A stretch of 64,000 nucleotides of DNA from a virus: positions 18,418 through 82,417 of IMG/VR virus record IMGVR_UViG_3300036860_000542; one strand, given 5' to 3'. Shown piece after piece: positions 9,206-18,947 of this stretch. A program made the translations under genes and the position numbers. The first letter of the stretch is position 1. Each line of letters begins with the position of its first letter. The notes beneath the pieces are model-generated. The model ran no database searches, was not told the origin of the DNA, and saw only the letters and a list, made by a program, of their open reading frames with translations.

Positions 9206-10129
9206 TCACTTCTTCTTGGGGTTCAACAACTCAACGGCCTTCTGCTTGGCCGCCTCCCCCCGCTTGTCGTAGATCCGCGTCGTTTCGATAGAAGCGTGTC
9301 CCATCAGGTCTGCTACCACGTTCAGGTCGGCGCCCTTGTCGAGCAGGTGCGTAGCGAAGCTGCGACGCAGGTCATGGGGTGTGAATTCGGTCACACCGGA
9401 TGCACGACGCAGCTCGTAGAGGACGTGGTTGACCCCCACCAGACCGAGTCGGCGGTTCAGTGCCTTGGACTTCGCGTAGCGGACGAACAGAGGACCCGCG
9501 TCGCGTTGTGCGATCAGCTGTTCGACCTGCTTGCGCCAGCCGCTGGGCACGTAGACGGTTCTGTACTTGCCCCCCTTGCCGCGGATCTGTAGGCCGCCGG
9601 TCTTCTTCTCGTAGTCCTCGACGTCCAAAGCGGGCACTTCCGCCCGACGCAGCCCGGCCGCGTACATTAGGACGATGAGAGCGGCGTCTCGAACGCCCGC
9701 GGGGCCTGTGCAGGCTGCTAGAAGCCGGTCGATCTCGTCTTCAGACAGCGAACGTCCGGCCTCCGGCATGGTGCTGTGCGCCATCGACTTGACGTCGATC
9801 GCCTGCATGTACGTCTCGGCCTTTAGTTGCCCCATCCGCCAGGCTTCACGGAGAACCCCACGTACCGCGGATAGGCTCCGGTTGACGGAGCGGGGGCTGT
9901 AGCGCTCGATCAGGCGCGCTCGTAGGGCCTGCACGTGTTGTCGGCGAAGCTTCGTCCACGGCAACGTGAACGCATCGGCCTGGGGCTCGAGGATCCTGGC
10001 CACCGCGTGCAGGGCGGAGAGCATGGAGGCGCGTCCAGAGGGGGCCAGGGAAGCTAGGTAGACGGCGACGGGCTGCGCGGTGACAGGCATAGCCGCTTCT
10101 ACCCGTACGAGACCCTTCTCACGCCGCAT
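9206..10129 (-). CDS. Tyrosine recombinase (XerC/D- or resolvase-like)
   Basis: GLRRAE (R), GKGGK (K), PHDLRR (HxxR), LMGHAS (H), TTRIYD (Y); N-terminal core-binding domain. Confidence 0.95.
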   Translation of the reverse strand: MRREKGLVRVEAAMPVTAQPVAVYLASLAPSGRASMLSALHAVARILEPQADAFTLPWTKLRRQHVQALRARLIERYSPRSVNRSLSAVRGVLREAWRMGQLKAETYMQAIDVKSMAHSTMPEAGRSLSEDEIDRLLAACTGPAGVRDAALIVLMYAAGLRRAEVPALDVEDYEKKTGGLQIRGKGGKYRTVYVPSGWRKQVEQLIAQRDAGPLFVRYAKSKALNRRLGLVGVNHVLYELRRASGVTEFTPHDLRRSFATHLLDKGADLNVVADLMGHASIETTRIYDKRGEAAKQKAVELLNPKKK

Positions 10130-10134
10130 AGAAG

Positions 10135-10200
10135 GAGTATAGCGCGGTATAGAATAGGCATTCAAGCAAGTGCTAACTAATTGAAATCATTAAGGATTTC
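10135..10200. other. AT-rich candidate recombination (res/att) or promoter site upstream of the recombinase
   Basis: Local AT-rich island CAAGTGCTAACTAATTGAAATCATTAAG in GC-rich DNA between divergent genes. Confidence 0.35.
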
Positions 10201-10268
10201 GTCCACTTCGAGATCCCCTCTGGCGATCGCAACTTGACCCTGTACATCGACTCCTGCAACATCGTTGC

Positions 10269-11237
10269 ATGAACGATCTGCAGGGGCGGATCCTGATCAC
10301 CGGGGCCAAAGGTTTCTTGGGCTCCCATCTAGTACGAGCCTTCCTGGACACCCCGATCTACCGCGCAGCGGCCAACGAAGGGGTGATCGAAGGCCTTCTC
10401 ACCCCCCACCATGAGGATCTGGATCTTCTAACCCAAGCGGACGTGTACGACTACTTCTCAGAGCACAGACCCGACGTCGTATTTCACCTTGCCGCGAACG
10501 TCGGCGGCATCGGGGCGAACCGGAGACGCCCTGGTGCCTTCTTCTACGACAACATGATGATGGGCTTGAACGTGATCGACGCCTGCAGGGCCTTCAGGGC
10601 ACGCAAGGTGATCGTCGTGGGCACCGTGTGCAGCTACCCGAAGATTCCGCCGCGCATCCCGTTCCTGGAGGAAGACTTCTGGGAGGGCTATCCCGAGCCC
10701 ACCAACGCGCCCTACGGCATCGCGAAGAAAGCTCTCCTGGTGATGGGACAGGCGTACCGTGAGGAATACGACCTTAATGTCATCCACGTGGTGCCCACCA
10801 ACCTGTACGGCTCAGGCGACGACTTCGACGATGACACCTCCCACGTCATCCCGGCGCTGATCAAGAAGATCCTCGCGGCGCAGAAGGCAGGAGAGGACCA
10901 TATCGTCGTCTGGGGCGATGGGTCGCCGACTCGAGAGTTCTTGTACGTCGAGGACTGCGTGCGCGGTCTTCTCACCGCCGCGGAGTTCTACAGCGACTAC
11001 ATGCCTCTGAACCTCGGCAGCGGCCAGGAGATATCCATTCTCAACCTCGTAACGCTGATCGCCAACACGGTGGGTTGGCAGGGCAATGTCTGGTGGAACA
11101 AGGAGATGCCGAACGGGCAGCCACGGCGGGCCGTGGACAGCAGCGTCGCCTACTCGATGGGATGGAAGCCGCGCATGCACCTTCACGAAGGCATTCGTCT
11201 CACGATCGATTGGTACCAGAACGGGGGTGAGCTGTGA
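10269..11237 (+). CDS. fcl: GDP-L-fucose synthase
   Basis: GAKGFLG, HLAANVGGIGAN, GTVCSYP, PYGIAKK, PTNLYG, SHVIPALI, WGDGSPTREFLYV. Confidence 0.95.
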   Translation: MNDLQGRILITGAKGFLGSHLVRAFLDTPIYRAAANEGVIEGLLTPHHEDLDLLTQADVYDYFSEHRPDVVFHLAANVGGIGANRRRPGAFFYDNMMMGLNVIDACRAFRARKVIVVGTVCSYPKIPPRIPFLEEDFWEGYPEPTNAPYGIAKKALLVMGQAYREEYDLNVIHVVPTNLYGSGDDFDDDTSHVIPALIKKILAAQKAGEDHIVVWGDGSPTREFLYVEDCVRGLLTAAEFYSDYMPLNLGSGQEISILNLVTLIANTVGWQGNVWWNKEMPNGQPRRAVDSSVAYSMGWKPRMHLHEGIRLTIDWYQNGGEL

Positions 11238-12205
11238 AGCGTGCGCTGATTACCGGAGCCGCGGGCCAAGACGGCTACTGGCTCGCCAAGTTGCTCCTCG
11301 AGAAGGAGTACGATGTCCACGGCATCGTGCGGCGGTCCAGCAACCCAGTGGTCGCTCGCGTCGCCACCATGCCCATCACCCTGCACGTTGCCGACATGAC
11401 CGATCAGCACTCGCTCGACATGGTGATCTCGCAGGTCGATCCGCAGGAGGTCTACAATCTGGCAGCACAGTCGCACGTGGGTCTGTCGTTCGAGATCCCC
11501 GAGTACACAGCCGACGTCACTGGCCTGGGAGCGTTGCGCTTGCTCATGGCCTGCAGGAAGCACGCGCCGCAGGCCCGCTTCTACCAGGCCAGCACGTCCG
11601 AGCTCTTCGGATCGGCCCCCGGACCGCAGAACGAGGCCACGCCCTTCCACCCTCGCAGCCCCTATGGCGTTGCCAAAGCGTTCGCCTACTACTCCGTGCA
11701 GAACTACCGTGAGGCATACGGGATGTTCGCCGTGAACGGCATCCTCTTCAACCACGAGAGCGAGCACCGCGGGACGGAATTTGTGAGTCGCAAGATCACC
11801 ATGGCCGCCGCTCGTATCAAGGCTGGGTCCCACACCAAACTGCGTCTCGGCAACCTGGACGCGATGCGCGACTGGGGACACGCCGAGGACTACGTCCGCG
11901 CCATGTGGATGATGCTGCAGCAGGACAAGCCTCAGGACTACGTGATCGGCACGGGTGTATCCCATACGGTGCGCGACTTCCTCGATGCCGCCTTCGGGGA
12001 GCTCAGGTTGCCGTGGGAGGGCTACGTGGAGATCGTGCCTGAGCTCTACCGACCGGCGGAGGTCAACATGCTCTGCGCCGACTGGAGCAGGGCCCGCCTC
12101 GAGCTAGGCTGGGAACCGCAGATCAGCTTCAGGGAGCTCGTCAAGCGGATGATCAGCCACGACGTGCGATTGGTACTGGACTCTCGCCGCGCCGTGAGGC
12201 CCTGA
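11234..12205 (+). CDS. gmd: GDP-mannose 4,6-dehydratase
   Basis: GAAGQDG, YNLAAQSHV, YQASTSELFG, PRSPYGVAK, GILFNHES, FVSRKIT, RDWGHA. Confidence 0.97.
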   Translation: MKRALITGAAGQDGYWLAKLLLEKEYDVHGIVRRSSNPVVARVATMPITLHVADMTDQHSLDMVISQVDPQEVYNLAAQSHVGLSFEIPEYTADVTGLGALRLLMACRKHAPQARFYQASTSELFGSAPGPQNEATPFHPRSPYGVAKAFAYYSVQNYREAYGMFAVNGILFNHESEHRGTEFVSRKITMAAARIKAGSHTKLRLGNLDAMRDWGHAEDYVRAMWMMLQQDKPQDYVIGTGVSHTVRDFLDAAFGELRLPWEGYVEIVPELYRPAEVNMLCADWSRARLELGWEPQISFRELVKRMISHDVRLVLDSRRAVRP

Positions 12206-12376
12206 TCTGCGCGAACCACCGCTGCAAGGCGGGGTGCGGCAGGCGGCAGCAGAACGCGCAGAGGTGCAGGTCTCCGTCCACGCTGATCCATCTGTCGGGG
12301 AGCGGCTCGGTGCCGTACTTCTTCACCGGTTTGGGCGGCGTCTCGATGCTGCACTTGTCGCAGGTGAAGTAGTAGG

Positions 12377-12796
12377 TCACTTGATAGAACAACCGAGCCG
12401 TTCAGCCATCTTGATGGCGTCCTCGGTAGTGGCGAAGGAGCCGTACGACTTGTCGGTGTCCCAGCTCACGTAGCCGTGCAACGCAACACGGCCGTCGGCG
12501 TGGTCCACGTAGCAGTGCTCGACACGACCGGTGGCCATGGACGCCTTGTAGATCGCGTAGCCTCCATAGAACGTGAGTCCGCCAACGAGGACGACGATCA
12601 CGAGTCCAAAGAAGGACGTGAGAGTGTCCTCGCTCCACAGCGACTTCCACGCCCGTGCGAATCTCTCCGGCCAGGTGACCACCGATTCGAGGAGCTTGGC
12701 GTTCTTCTGTCTGAGGACGGCGTTCTCCACTTCGAGCTCATCGGCGTACTGTCGCCAGAGATCTGCGTTGTCGCTATCACGATAGGGCTTGCTCAT
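12377..12796 (-). CDS. Membrane protein (coiled coil plus TM)
   Basis: FFGLVIVVLVGGLTFYGGY TM segment. Confidence 0.55.
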   Translation of the reverse strand: MSKPYRDSDNADLWRQYADELEVENAVLRQKNAKLLESVVTWPERFARAWKSLWSEDTLTSFFGLVIVVLVGGLTFYGGYAIYKASMATGRVEHCYVDHADGRVALHGYVSWDTDKSYGSFATTEDAIKMAERLGCSIK

Positions 12797-13135
12797 GGTT
12801 TCCCCTTCTGAGCCACCGCAGGTGGCGGCTCTGTACATTGTCCTCGCGGAGTCGGCTTGCACTCGCACTCCGCGCCACCAAGACCTCCGTGACACTTGCA
12901 GACGAACCCGTTCTCCCAACGGTGCTTCACCTGGATGGTGCAACCCGGACCGGCGTAGACGGCAGCCAAGATGAACACGATGTCCCAGAACCGACGACTC
13001 ATATCGGACCTCCTGTGCAGAAGCAGTTACCGCGTAGCTTCCTGCACCGCTTGCAACGGTTCAGGAGGACGAACAAGAGCCCGCCTAGGTTGACGAGCAG
13101 CGTCCCGAAGATCATGGTGGCGAGGAGCGGCAGCA

Positions 13136-13447
13136 TCACACCCGTGGCGGCCAGGTCCAGTGCTTGTGCTTCGGGTCTGGTGCGCACGGAACGTCGGGCA
13201 GCACACGATCACCGTAGGCGAGAGCACCGTGCACGCCTGGATCGTAGATCGGGCGCAGGTAGACCGCGTAGCAGCGCTCGTCCAGCTTCGGGTTGTAGCT
13301 GTGGTGATGAACGACCCAGTCGGATGTGCGCTGCAACGCGGTTACCTTGTCTTGGTCGAAGACCGATCGGGTGATGATGCAGACCATCGGCTCGTCGCAG
13401 CGCTCGTGCGGCCAGAAGAAGACGACGCGACCCGGTGTGGGTTTCAT
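13136..13447 (-). CDS. Conserved phage-type hypothetical protein
   Basis: MKPTPGRVVFF..WTWPPRV termini typical of a small phage family. Confidence 0.65.
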   Translation of the reverse strand: MKPTPGRVVFFWPHERCDEPMVCIITRSVFDQDKVTALQRTSDWVVHHHSYNPKLDERCYAVYLRPIYDPGVHGALAYGDRVLPDVPCAPDPKHKHWTWPPRV

Positions 13448-13776
13448 CAGCAGGCCTTTCCGCCGTGGCGGTACGGCCGCGTCACGTTGAAGAGGTACTT
13501 CTCCTCGATCGCGGCGTCGAGGTCGATGCCGAGCGCACCAGCGAGGTCGTAAGCACGGATCACGACGTCGGCGAGCTCGGAGGGGAATCCCTCCACCTTG
13601 CCGTCCTCGCGACGACGCAACTTCATGTCGCCTTCGCGGTAGCACTCCAGCGCCTCGCTGATCTCGGAGTGCATGAGGCACAACTTCTCTGGGATCACCT
13701 TCTCCGGCTCGGGCTGGTTGTCCCACCAACCCTTCTCCCTCGACAGCGCATGATGCTTGTTCATCGGATGCTTCAT
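13447..13776 (-). CDS. MazG-like nucleotide pyrophosphohydrolase
   Basis: LMHSEISEALE..ELADVVIR..D..EK..N..RPYRHGGK. Confidence 0.85.
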   Translation of the reverse strand: MKHPMNKHHALSREKGWWDNQPEPEKVIPEKLCLMHSEISEALECYREGDMKLRRREDGKVEGFPSELADVVIRAYDLAGALGIDLDAAIEEKYLFNVTRPYRHGGKAC

Positions 13777-13908
13777 CGGCACACCCCTTTGTTCGGCCAT
13801 GAGGGGAGCATCGATTTCAGCAGCCAGTAGAGGATCTGGGAATCGGAGATGCGGACTACGGACAACGTCATCGAAGCCCCCTGATGTACATAGACTACAA
13901 GAGGAGGC

Positions 13909-14094
13909 TCAACCTGTCCACGCCGAAGGCGCGTCACCCCCCTCGCAAAGCCACTGGTCGAGCTCCTGGAAGCCCTTGGCGAGCTGCACGCAGGTCTCCG
14001 CGTTGATCCGCTGGTCCTTGTCCGCCGCGTCGCTGATCTGCCGCGCCAGGTTGCGGAGGACGTTGAGTACCGCGTTCGGGTTAGTGATATCCAT
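13909..14094 (-). CDS. Small phage-type protein
   Basis: NPNAVL..LDQWL..GG.AP..W pattern. Confidence 0.6.
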   Translation of the reverse strand: MDITNPNAVLNVLRNLARQISDAADKDQRINAETCVQLAKGFQELDQWLCEGGDAPSAWTG

Positions 14095-14105
14095 TACTTA
14101 CCTCC

Positions 14106-14444
14106 TCACCCGATCCTGGGCACGGTCATCGGTCCGTTGGGGCCGACGATCCGCGGCGCTTCGCCGACCTTGAGCCGCTCCACCCGCGCCACCTGGTCGG
14201 CTTCGAACATCACCTCGGCCATGACCGGCTCGCGGTTCGGCCCCTCGCCCTTGCTCAGCATGACGAAGATGCCATCGACGGGTCCCGCCCTGAGCAGGCC
14301 GGCCGCCGCCGAGCTCGCCATGGCGCCCTTCAGCGTGGGGATGAGCGACTGGGTCTTGAAGTGGACCTGGCACTCGACTCCGGGGATGCCGTTCGCCGCC
14401 ATGCCCTCTTCGATCAGCTTCTCGAGCAATGCCTTCATGTACAT
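14106..14444 (-). CDS. Hypothetical protein
   Basis: AAGGAGA RBS; operonic. Confidence 0.6.
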   Translation of the reverse strand: MYMKALLEKLIEEGMAANGIPGVECQVHFKTQSLIPTLKGAMASSAAAGLLRAGPVDGIFVMLSKGEGPNREPVMAEVMFEADQVARVERLKVGEAPRIVGPNGPMTVPRIG

Positions 14445-14459
14445 GAACCGTTTCTCCTT

Positions 14460-14612
14460 TCACTTCTTGTTGAGGAGCTCCTGCGCCGCCTTGACGATGA
14501 GCTCGGTGACCGAACACTCGTCCTTCTTGGCGCGCTTGCTCAGCTTCTGCCAGAGCTCCTCGGGCAGAAGGAGGTGCGTGTTGTGGACGGTCGGATCCTT
14601 CTTCTTTGCCAT
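14460..14612 (-). CDS. Ribbon-helix-helix (CopG/Arc-like) DNA-binding protein
   Basis: THLLLPEELWQKLSKRAKKDECSVTELIVKAAQELL beta-alpha-alpha pattern. Confidence 0.75.
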   Translation of the reverse strand: MAKKKDPTVHNTHLLLPEELWQKLSKRAKKDECSVTELIVKAAQELLNKK

Positions 14613-15793
14613 CAGCATTCCTCCAGGAACTTCTTCCAGTGGGCGCCGACCGCTCGATAGGAGAATCGGGTCTCCATTCGGGTCCGATCCGCGGTGTCCC
14701 GCTTCAGTCGCCTGTTGTAGGCGTAGCGCATGAGGGCCTTGGCGTCGCTGATGTTCGGCTCCGCCCAGTTCTGGCTGCCATCGATGCCCGTCGGCACCGC
14801 TCGCTTCATCGGCGTGAAGGTGAAGCCTCCGATGTTCACCTGCTTGCCCGCCTTCACCTCGGGGGTGATGGCAGGCGTGAGGAAGTAGTCGATCTCTTGC
14901 GCCTGCGAGTAGCCGCCTAGGAACTCCCACTGGCCGCCGAATCCCGTGGCGATCATCGGGTTGCCGACGATGGCGGCCTCGAAGGCTCCTAGGGCCCACG
15001 CTTCGCCTCGCGACAACGTGACGTAGCAGTGGGAGGTGTGGTGGAGCTCGCGAAGCTCGAGCTCATTGAGCCGACGGTCCTTCATCGGGAAGTCGTGCTT
15101 CACGAACTCGACCTCTGGGAGATCGTCCAGGCCGGAGCACCGCAGGAGGTGCATGACGTCATCGTCGATGACGTCCTGAGCGACGAAACGCAGCTTCACC
15201 TTGTCCTTCGACCCGCGGAACTCGGACAGGTACGCCTTGAGGAGGCCAATCGGGTTCTTCCGCTCGTTCCAGAGGTTGATGGTGTAGAAGATGTACGGTT
15301 CATCCGGCGGGACCGGCGGGTCCTCCACCCACCAGAACTTCGGCTCGAAGCCGTACGGGATGACCTTCAGCTTGTGGGTCTGGATGCCGCTGCGGGCGAG
15401 CGCGGTGCTCGTGAAGTTCGACGGGCCGATGACGTAGTCGAAGTGCGCATCCAGCACCTTGCCGTCCGACTCGGGTAGACGGTCCGTCTCCCAAGTCGTG
15501 TAGCAGATCTTCTTCACGCTAGGACCAGGGTCCAGGTCCTTGTTGATGAACTCGTGCGCGAAGCGCGGGATCGTCATCACGATGACGTGGGTCGGATCGT
15601 CGAAGGCCCGCACGCGCTCGAGGAGACACCCGTAGCGCGGATCGAGATCCTCGGTGTTGCAGTCGTGGAGTGGGGTGATCGAGAGGTTGACCCCCGCCTG
15701 GTAGAGAGCCATGGCAGTGTCATGCGCCGCCTGGGCGTAGCCGGAGTGGACCGCGAACGGACAGATGAACTCTACCTTGATGGGCTTGCCCAT
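14612..15793 (-). CDS. GT4-like glycosyltransferase
   Basis: SGYAQAA, YTTWETDRLP, GPSNF, ERKN, SRGEAWALGAFEA, IATGFGG. Confidence 0.9.
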   Translation of the reverse strand: MGKPIKVEFICPFAVHSGYAQAAHDTAMALYQAGVNLSITPLHDCNTEDLDPRYGCLLERVRAFDDPTHVIVMTIPRFAHEFINKDLDPGPSVKKICYTTWETDRLPESDGKVLDAHFDYVIGPSNFTSTALARSGIQTHKLKVIPYGFEPKFWWVEDPPVPPDEPYIFYTINLWNERKNPIGLLKAYLSEFRGSKDKVKLRFVAQDVIDDDVMHLLRCSGLDDLPEVEFVKHDFPMKDRRLNELELRELHHTSHCYVTLSRGEAWALGAFEAAIVGNPMIATGFGGQWEFLGGYSQAQEIDYFLTPAITPEVKAGKQVNIGGFTFTPMKRAVPTGIDGSQNWAEPNISDAKALMRYAYNRRLKRDTADRTRMETRFSYRAVGAHWKKFLEEC

Positions 15794-16563
15794 GAACGAA
15801 TCCTCTCTCTCAGGATGGTGAGGTCCGGTTGTGGACCGTGGGGCATGTAGCGATCCTTGTCCGTCTGCAGGCGGTCGAGCAACGACTCGTTCTTCAAGGT
15901 CGGCTCGTTGGTGAACAAGGGCTCCTGGCAACGATGTTCGACTACCCAGGTGTTCACGTCCTCCCAGAGCTTCCACTTGCGGTTCGCAAGACGGATGCCG
16001 ATCTCAATGTCCTCCTTCGCACAGCCGCCGTACGCCTCGTCGAAGCCGTTGACGTCGAGCAGCGCCTCGAGCGGGTAGCCGACAGCGCTACCTCGCAAGC
16101 TCGTTGGACCGATCTCGTAGTACGGCTCCGGGTGCCCCGGAACCGGGGGGAAGTCGAAGTTGCTCTGGTAGGCGTGCTTGAAGCGAACGATGCGGACCTC
16201 CTCCCACGCCTTGGTCACCCGCTTGAAGAAGTTCGGGTGAACCGCCGAGCAGTCGTCGAGGAAGAAGAGGTACTCGCCTCGGGCGTACGCGATGCCGGTG
16301 TTGCGAGCTCCGTTCTGATCAGGGAGTTGTTTCGTGTCCACCAACGGCCCGTGAAAGACGGATGGCTTCGGCGGCACGTGAACAACCCAGTGCGGTAGGT
16401 TGAACCGCTGCGTCCGGCGCGGATCCCACCACAAGCCAGCATCGACCAAGATCCACTCGAAGTCGGGGGTGTGGCCGCACGCTTCGCGAGCCACAAGAAT
16501 GGACCCGATCATCTCGCGGACCATGGGGTTCTTGCGCGCCGTGATCGTGACGAGGGAGATCAC
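15772..16563 (-). CDS. GT2 family glycosyltransferase
   Basis: ARNTGIAYARGEYLFFLDD, VNGFDEAYGG..EDIE. Confidence 0.9.
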   Translation of the reverse strand: MISLVTITARKNPMVREMIGSILVAREACGHTPDFEWILVDAGLWWDPRRTQRFNLPHWVVHVPPKPSVFHGPLVDTKQLPDQNGARNTGIAYARGEYLFFLDDCSAVHPNFFKRVTKAWEEVRIVRFKHAYQSNFDFPPVPGHPEPYYEIGPTSLRGSAVGYPLEALLDVNGFDEAYGGCAKEDIEIGIRLANRKWKLWEDVNTWVVEHRCQEPLFTNEPTLKNESLLDRLQTDKDRYMPHGPQPDLTILRERIRSWASPSR

Positions 16564-17102
16564 GGAAGGAACCCGTCAACGGCCGCTGCGAAGACCTCCG
16601 GGCTCGTCTCGTAGTCCATCGAGTCCAACAGGAACGGTCGGCAGATCAGATCGTACTTGTCCAGCGCGGCCCACTCCTCTGATACGAGAGGCCTGGGCCA
16701 GTCTCCGATCATCGCGATGTTGGGAACACCAGCGGTCCACAGACGAGCGAAGTCGGTGACGGCGTTGGGCTCCTCCAAGTCGTCTGTGTTGGTGGGCAGA
16801 CCGCGCTTCTTGTCGGTGGCCGCTTGCATTTGCTTCAGGCCCGTGAGGACGTTGGTAGCGGAGATGGGTTGCACCCCGAAGACGACGTTGACGTAGGAAG
16901 AGCTCAATCTTCCGCAGAAGTATTTCCAGAACTCGTAGAGGGGGTTGTGGGCATCGAGTACGGCGAACGGGATCACCAACAGGAGAGGTTCGAGTCCAGC
17001 CTTCACCATAGCTCGAATGTACTCGATAGCCAGGTTCCGCCAGCGGAGATCGCCCTCGGGTATGAACATGCGGACGTTGGCTTCCCTCACCATGATGTAC
17101 AA
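16560..17102 (-). CDS. Stand-alone domain resembling the N-terminal half of the GT4 enzyme
   Basis: AIEYIRAMVKAGL..VPNIAMIGDW..AALDKYDLICRP parallels AHDTAMALYQAGV..KKICYTTW..VLDAHFDYVIGP. Confidence 0.45.
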   Translation of the reverse strand: MYIMVREANVRMFIPEGDLRWRNLAIEYIRAMVKAGLEPLLLVIPFAVLDAHNPLYEFWKYFCGRLSSSYVNVVFGVQPISATNVLTGLKQMQAATDKKRGLPTNTDDLEEPNAVTDFARLWTAGVPNIAMIGDWPRPLVSEEWAALDKYDLICRPFLLDSMDYETSPEVFAAAVDGFLP

Positions 17103-17139
17103 GGTGATGTACAGAGAGGCAGGACGTCAAGTTGGAAGA

Positions 17140-17469
17140 TTATCGGGAACGCTTGCCGAGAAAGTAGCCAAGAGCGCCCACAGCCACCATGGCGATAACG
17201 TTCATGGGGTCTTCGAGGATTCCGTCGAGTCCCTTCAAGCCCTTCGGCAGCTTCGAGTCGGCGATCTTCTTGACGCACCGCTTGAGCTTCTTGGAGTAGA
17301 TGAAACCGACCGGACACGGATCCTTCGGCGGATCAGGCTCCACCAGGAGGATGCGCTCCGCTCCCCACTGCGGTCCCCAGGTGGGGTACTGGATCGGGAA
17401 GGGGTACGGGTAGAATCCTCCGCCCCGCCGATGATGCCAACCAAGTCCGGTGCGTCCCATGTTCATCAT
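17140..17469 (-). CDS. Putative virion membrane protein (C-terminal TM plus basic tail)
   Basis: N-terminal RTGLGW; ends VIAMVAVGALGYFLGKRSR. Confidence 0.6.
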   Translation of the reverse strand: MMNMGRTGLGWHHRRGGGFYPYPFPIQYPTWGPQWGAERILLVEPDPPKDPCPVGFIYSKKLKRCVKKIADSKLPKGLKGLDGILEDPMNVIAMVAVGALGYFLGKRSR

Positions 17470-17753
17470 CCTTTCAGGAGACCGTACCCAACACCAGCAA
17501 GACCCACCAGACGCGCTGTCTTGCGCTCCATGCCGAGGAGACAGGCCACACCCATCGCGAGGAGCCCGAACTGCACAGCGGGCACCACAGAGCCCCAGGC
17601 GCCCAATCCGTCGGCGTTGCCGACGTACTGGAGCTGGGTGACGCCGCCCGTGTGGAACTTCCCGCTCAGCGGCGCCGGTGCCTCGGGCTTGCAGCACGGC
17701 TTGCCGACGTAGCAGTTGTTGCAGCACTTCTTCTTGGCGCCCTTGTGCTTCAT
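17466..17753 (-). CDS. Putative virion membrane protein with Cys-rich N-terminus
   Basis: KKCCNNC..PCC, DGLGA, two hydrophobic helices. Confidence 0.55.
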   Translation of the reverse strand: MKHKGAKKKCCNNCYVGKPCCKPEAPAPLSGKFHTGGVTQLQYVGNADGLGAWGSVVPAVQFGLLAMGVACLLGMERKTARLVGLAGVGYGLLKG

Positions 17754-18214
17754 CTGCCACCTCCGCACTCACAGAAATACCGAGACTTTCCGCATACTTG
17801 GCAGCGACCGTTCTTGCGAGTCGCGAGCTCGAGAGTGCTTCCACACCGCTTGCAGTGTCCGATCTCGAAGCGCTCCTCGTCGTCCTCACGACGACCGCCT
17901 GGGTGCGTCTCGGTTCGGAAGAGGCTGGGATCCGACTTGAGTCGCTCGTGGTAGGCGACGGGACAACTCTCCTGGCTGAACTTGTGGGTGGCGCGCTTGC
18001 GGCGCACGTGGACGGTGGTGGCACCACCCTTCGGATCGGTGACGACCTCGAAGCCAGCCGGCCCTGCAGCCTTGGTGAGCTCCTTCAGGAGGGCGTAGGA
18101 CGTGTTATCGTCGGCGTCGAACTGCATGGTCTCGACGCCCAGAGCTGTGAGTGTGTCGTAGACGAAGGCTTCAGCAGCGCTGCCTTCGGGAACGACCGCG
18201 TAGGCTCGAGTCAC
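17750..18214 (-). CDS. Zn-ribbon protein
   Basis: HCKRCGSTL, CQVC..CEC; GTG start overlapping the upstream stop. Confidence 0.5.
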   Translation of the reverse strand: MTRAYAVVPEGSAAEAFVYDTLTALGVETMQFDADDNTSYALLKELTKAAGPAGFEVVTDPKGGATTVHVRRKRATHKFSQESCPVAYHERLKSDPSLFRTETHPGGRREDDEERFEIGHCKRCGSTLELATRKNGRCQVCGKSRYFCECGGGR

Positions 18215-18639
18215 ACGTCCCTCGCGATGTTCTTCTCGATTGCGACTCGCCACCGGCAGAGACCAAGACCGAACTCCTGGCGCCTCCCTTCCGGTAGCTC
18301 CCAAGTGCATTCGAACGGCTCGACGGAGAGCTCGCCGGTTTCCGGCTTCCAATCCATGTCCTTGCGCTCCTGGCGCACGTAGAGGGCGTGCGGGGCACCG
18401 GGCATGGAGCACTTCGGGCAGATGAGGTGGAGGACGAAACGTCCATCCGTCAAGTAGAGGTCGGACTCGATCACCCGGTCACGCCAGCGGATGAGCGGGT
18501 GACCGATAGCCGACTTCGTCATGTCGATGGACGACTGGATACCGTGCTGTGCCGACTCCCCGGACGGATCGGGGACGTCACCAGCAATGTGGTAGAGGGA
18601 TTCGCGTTGAGGGTCGAAGGCAGTGCTCATGGTGTACAT
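18211..18639 (-). CDS. DUF6527-like Cys protein
   Basis: LICPKC..ELSVEPFECT..CRWRVAIEKN. Confidence 0.5.
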   Translation of the reverse strand: MYTMSTAFDPQRESLYHIAGDVPDPSGESAQHGIQSSIDMTKSAIGHPLIRWRDRVIESDLYLTDGRFVLHLICPKCSMPGAPHALYVRQERKDMDWKPETGELSVEPFECTWELPEGRRQEFGLGLCRWRVAIEKNIARDV

Positions 18640-18650
18640 CCTACCAGGAG

Positions 18651-18947
18651 CTACTTCCTCTTGCCACCACGCCTCTTCAGGAGGTAGATCCCACCGATCA
18701 CTGCCACTCCGCCCAAGATCCATGGCAGGTAGCTGGGGGACTCCTGGATCGTGACCGGCGCCGCAGCCTGCCCCTTCCCGAAGACGGAAGCGATCGCGTC
18801 GAAGCCGGACTTGATGGTCCCGCCCCAGTCTGTCTTCGCGGTGGTCGCAGCGGCCGGCTTCGGGGTCACGCTGCCAAGAATCCCACCGGTGATGCTTCCA
18901 GTGAGGGCCGGCGTCGCACCCATCCCGGTCTTGATGTACTGGCTCAT
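18651..18947 (-). CDS. Virion membrane protein, MSQY paralogue 3
   Basis: MSQYIKTGMGA..YLPWILGGVAVIGGIYLLKRRGGKRK. Confidence 0.7.
   Translation of the reverse strand: MSQYIKTGMGATPALTGSITGGILGSVTPKPAAATTAKTDWGGTIKSGFDAIASVFGKGQAAAPVTIQESPSYLPWILGGVAVIGGIYLLKRRGGKRK

Noticed and set aside
1315-17102. Host chromosomal O-antigen/EPS locus
   Set aside because: Interspersed with phage-type small ORFs and MazG, lacks flippase/polymerase/export genes, and shares the TGTACA promoter motif with the viral genes.
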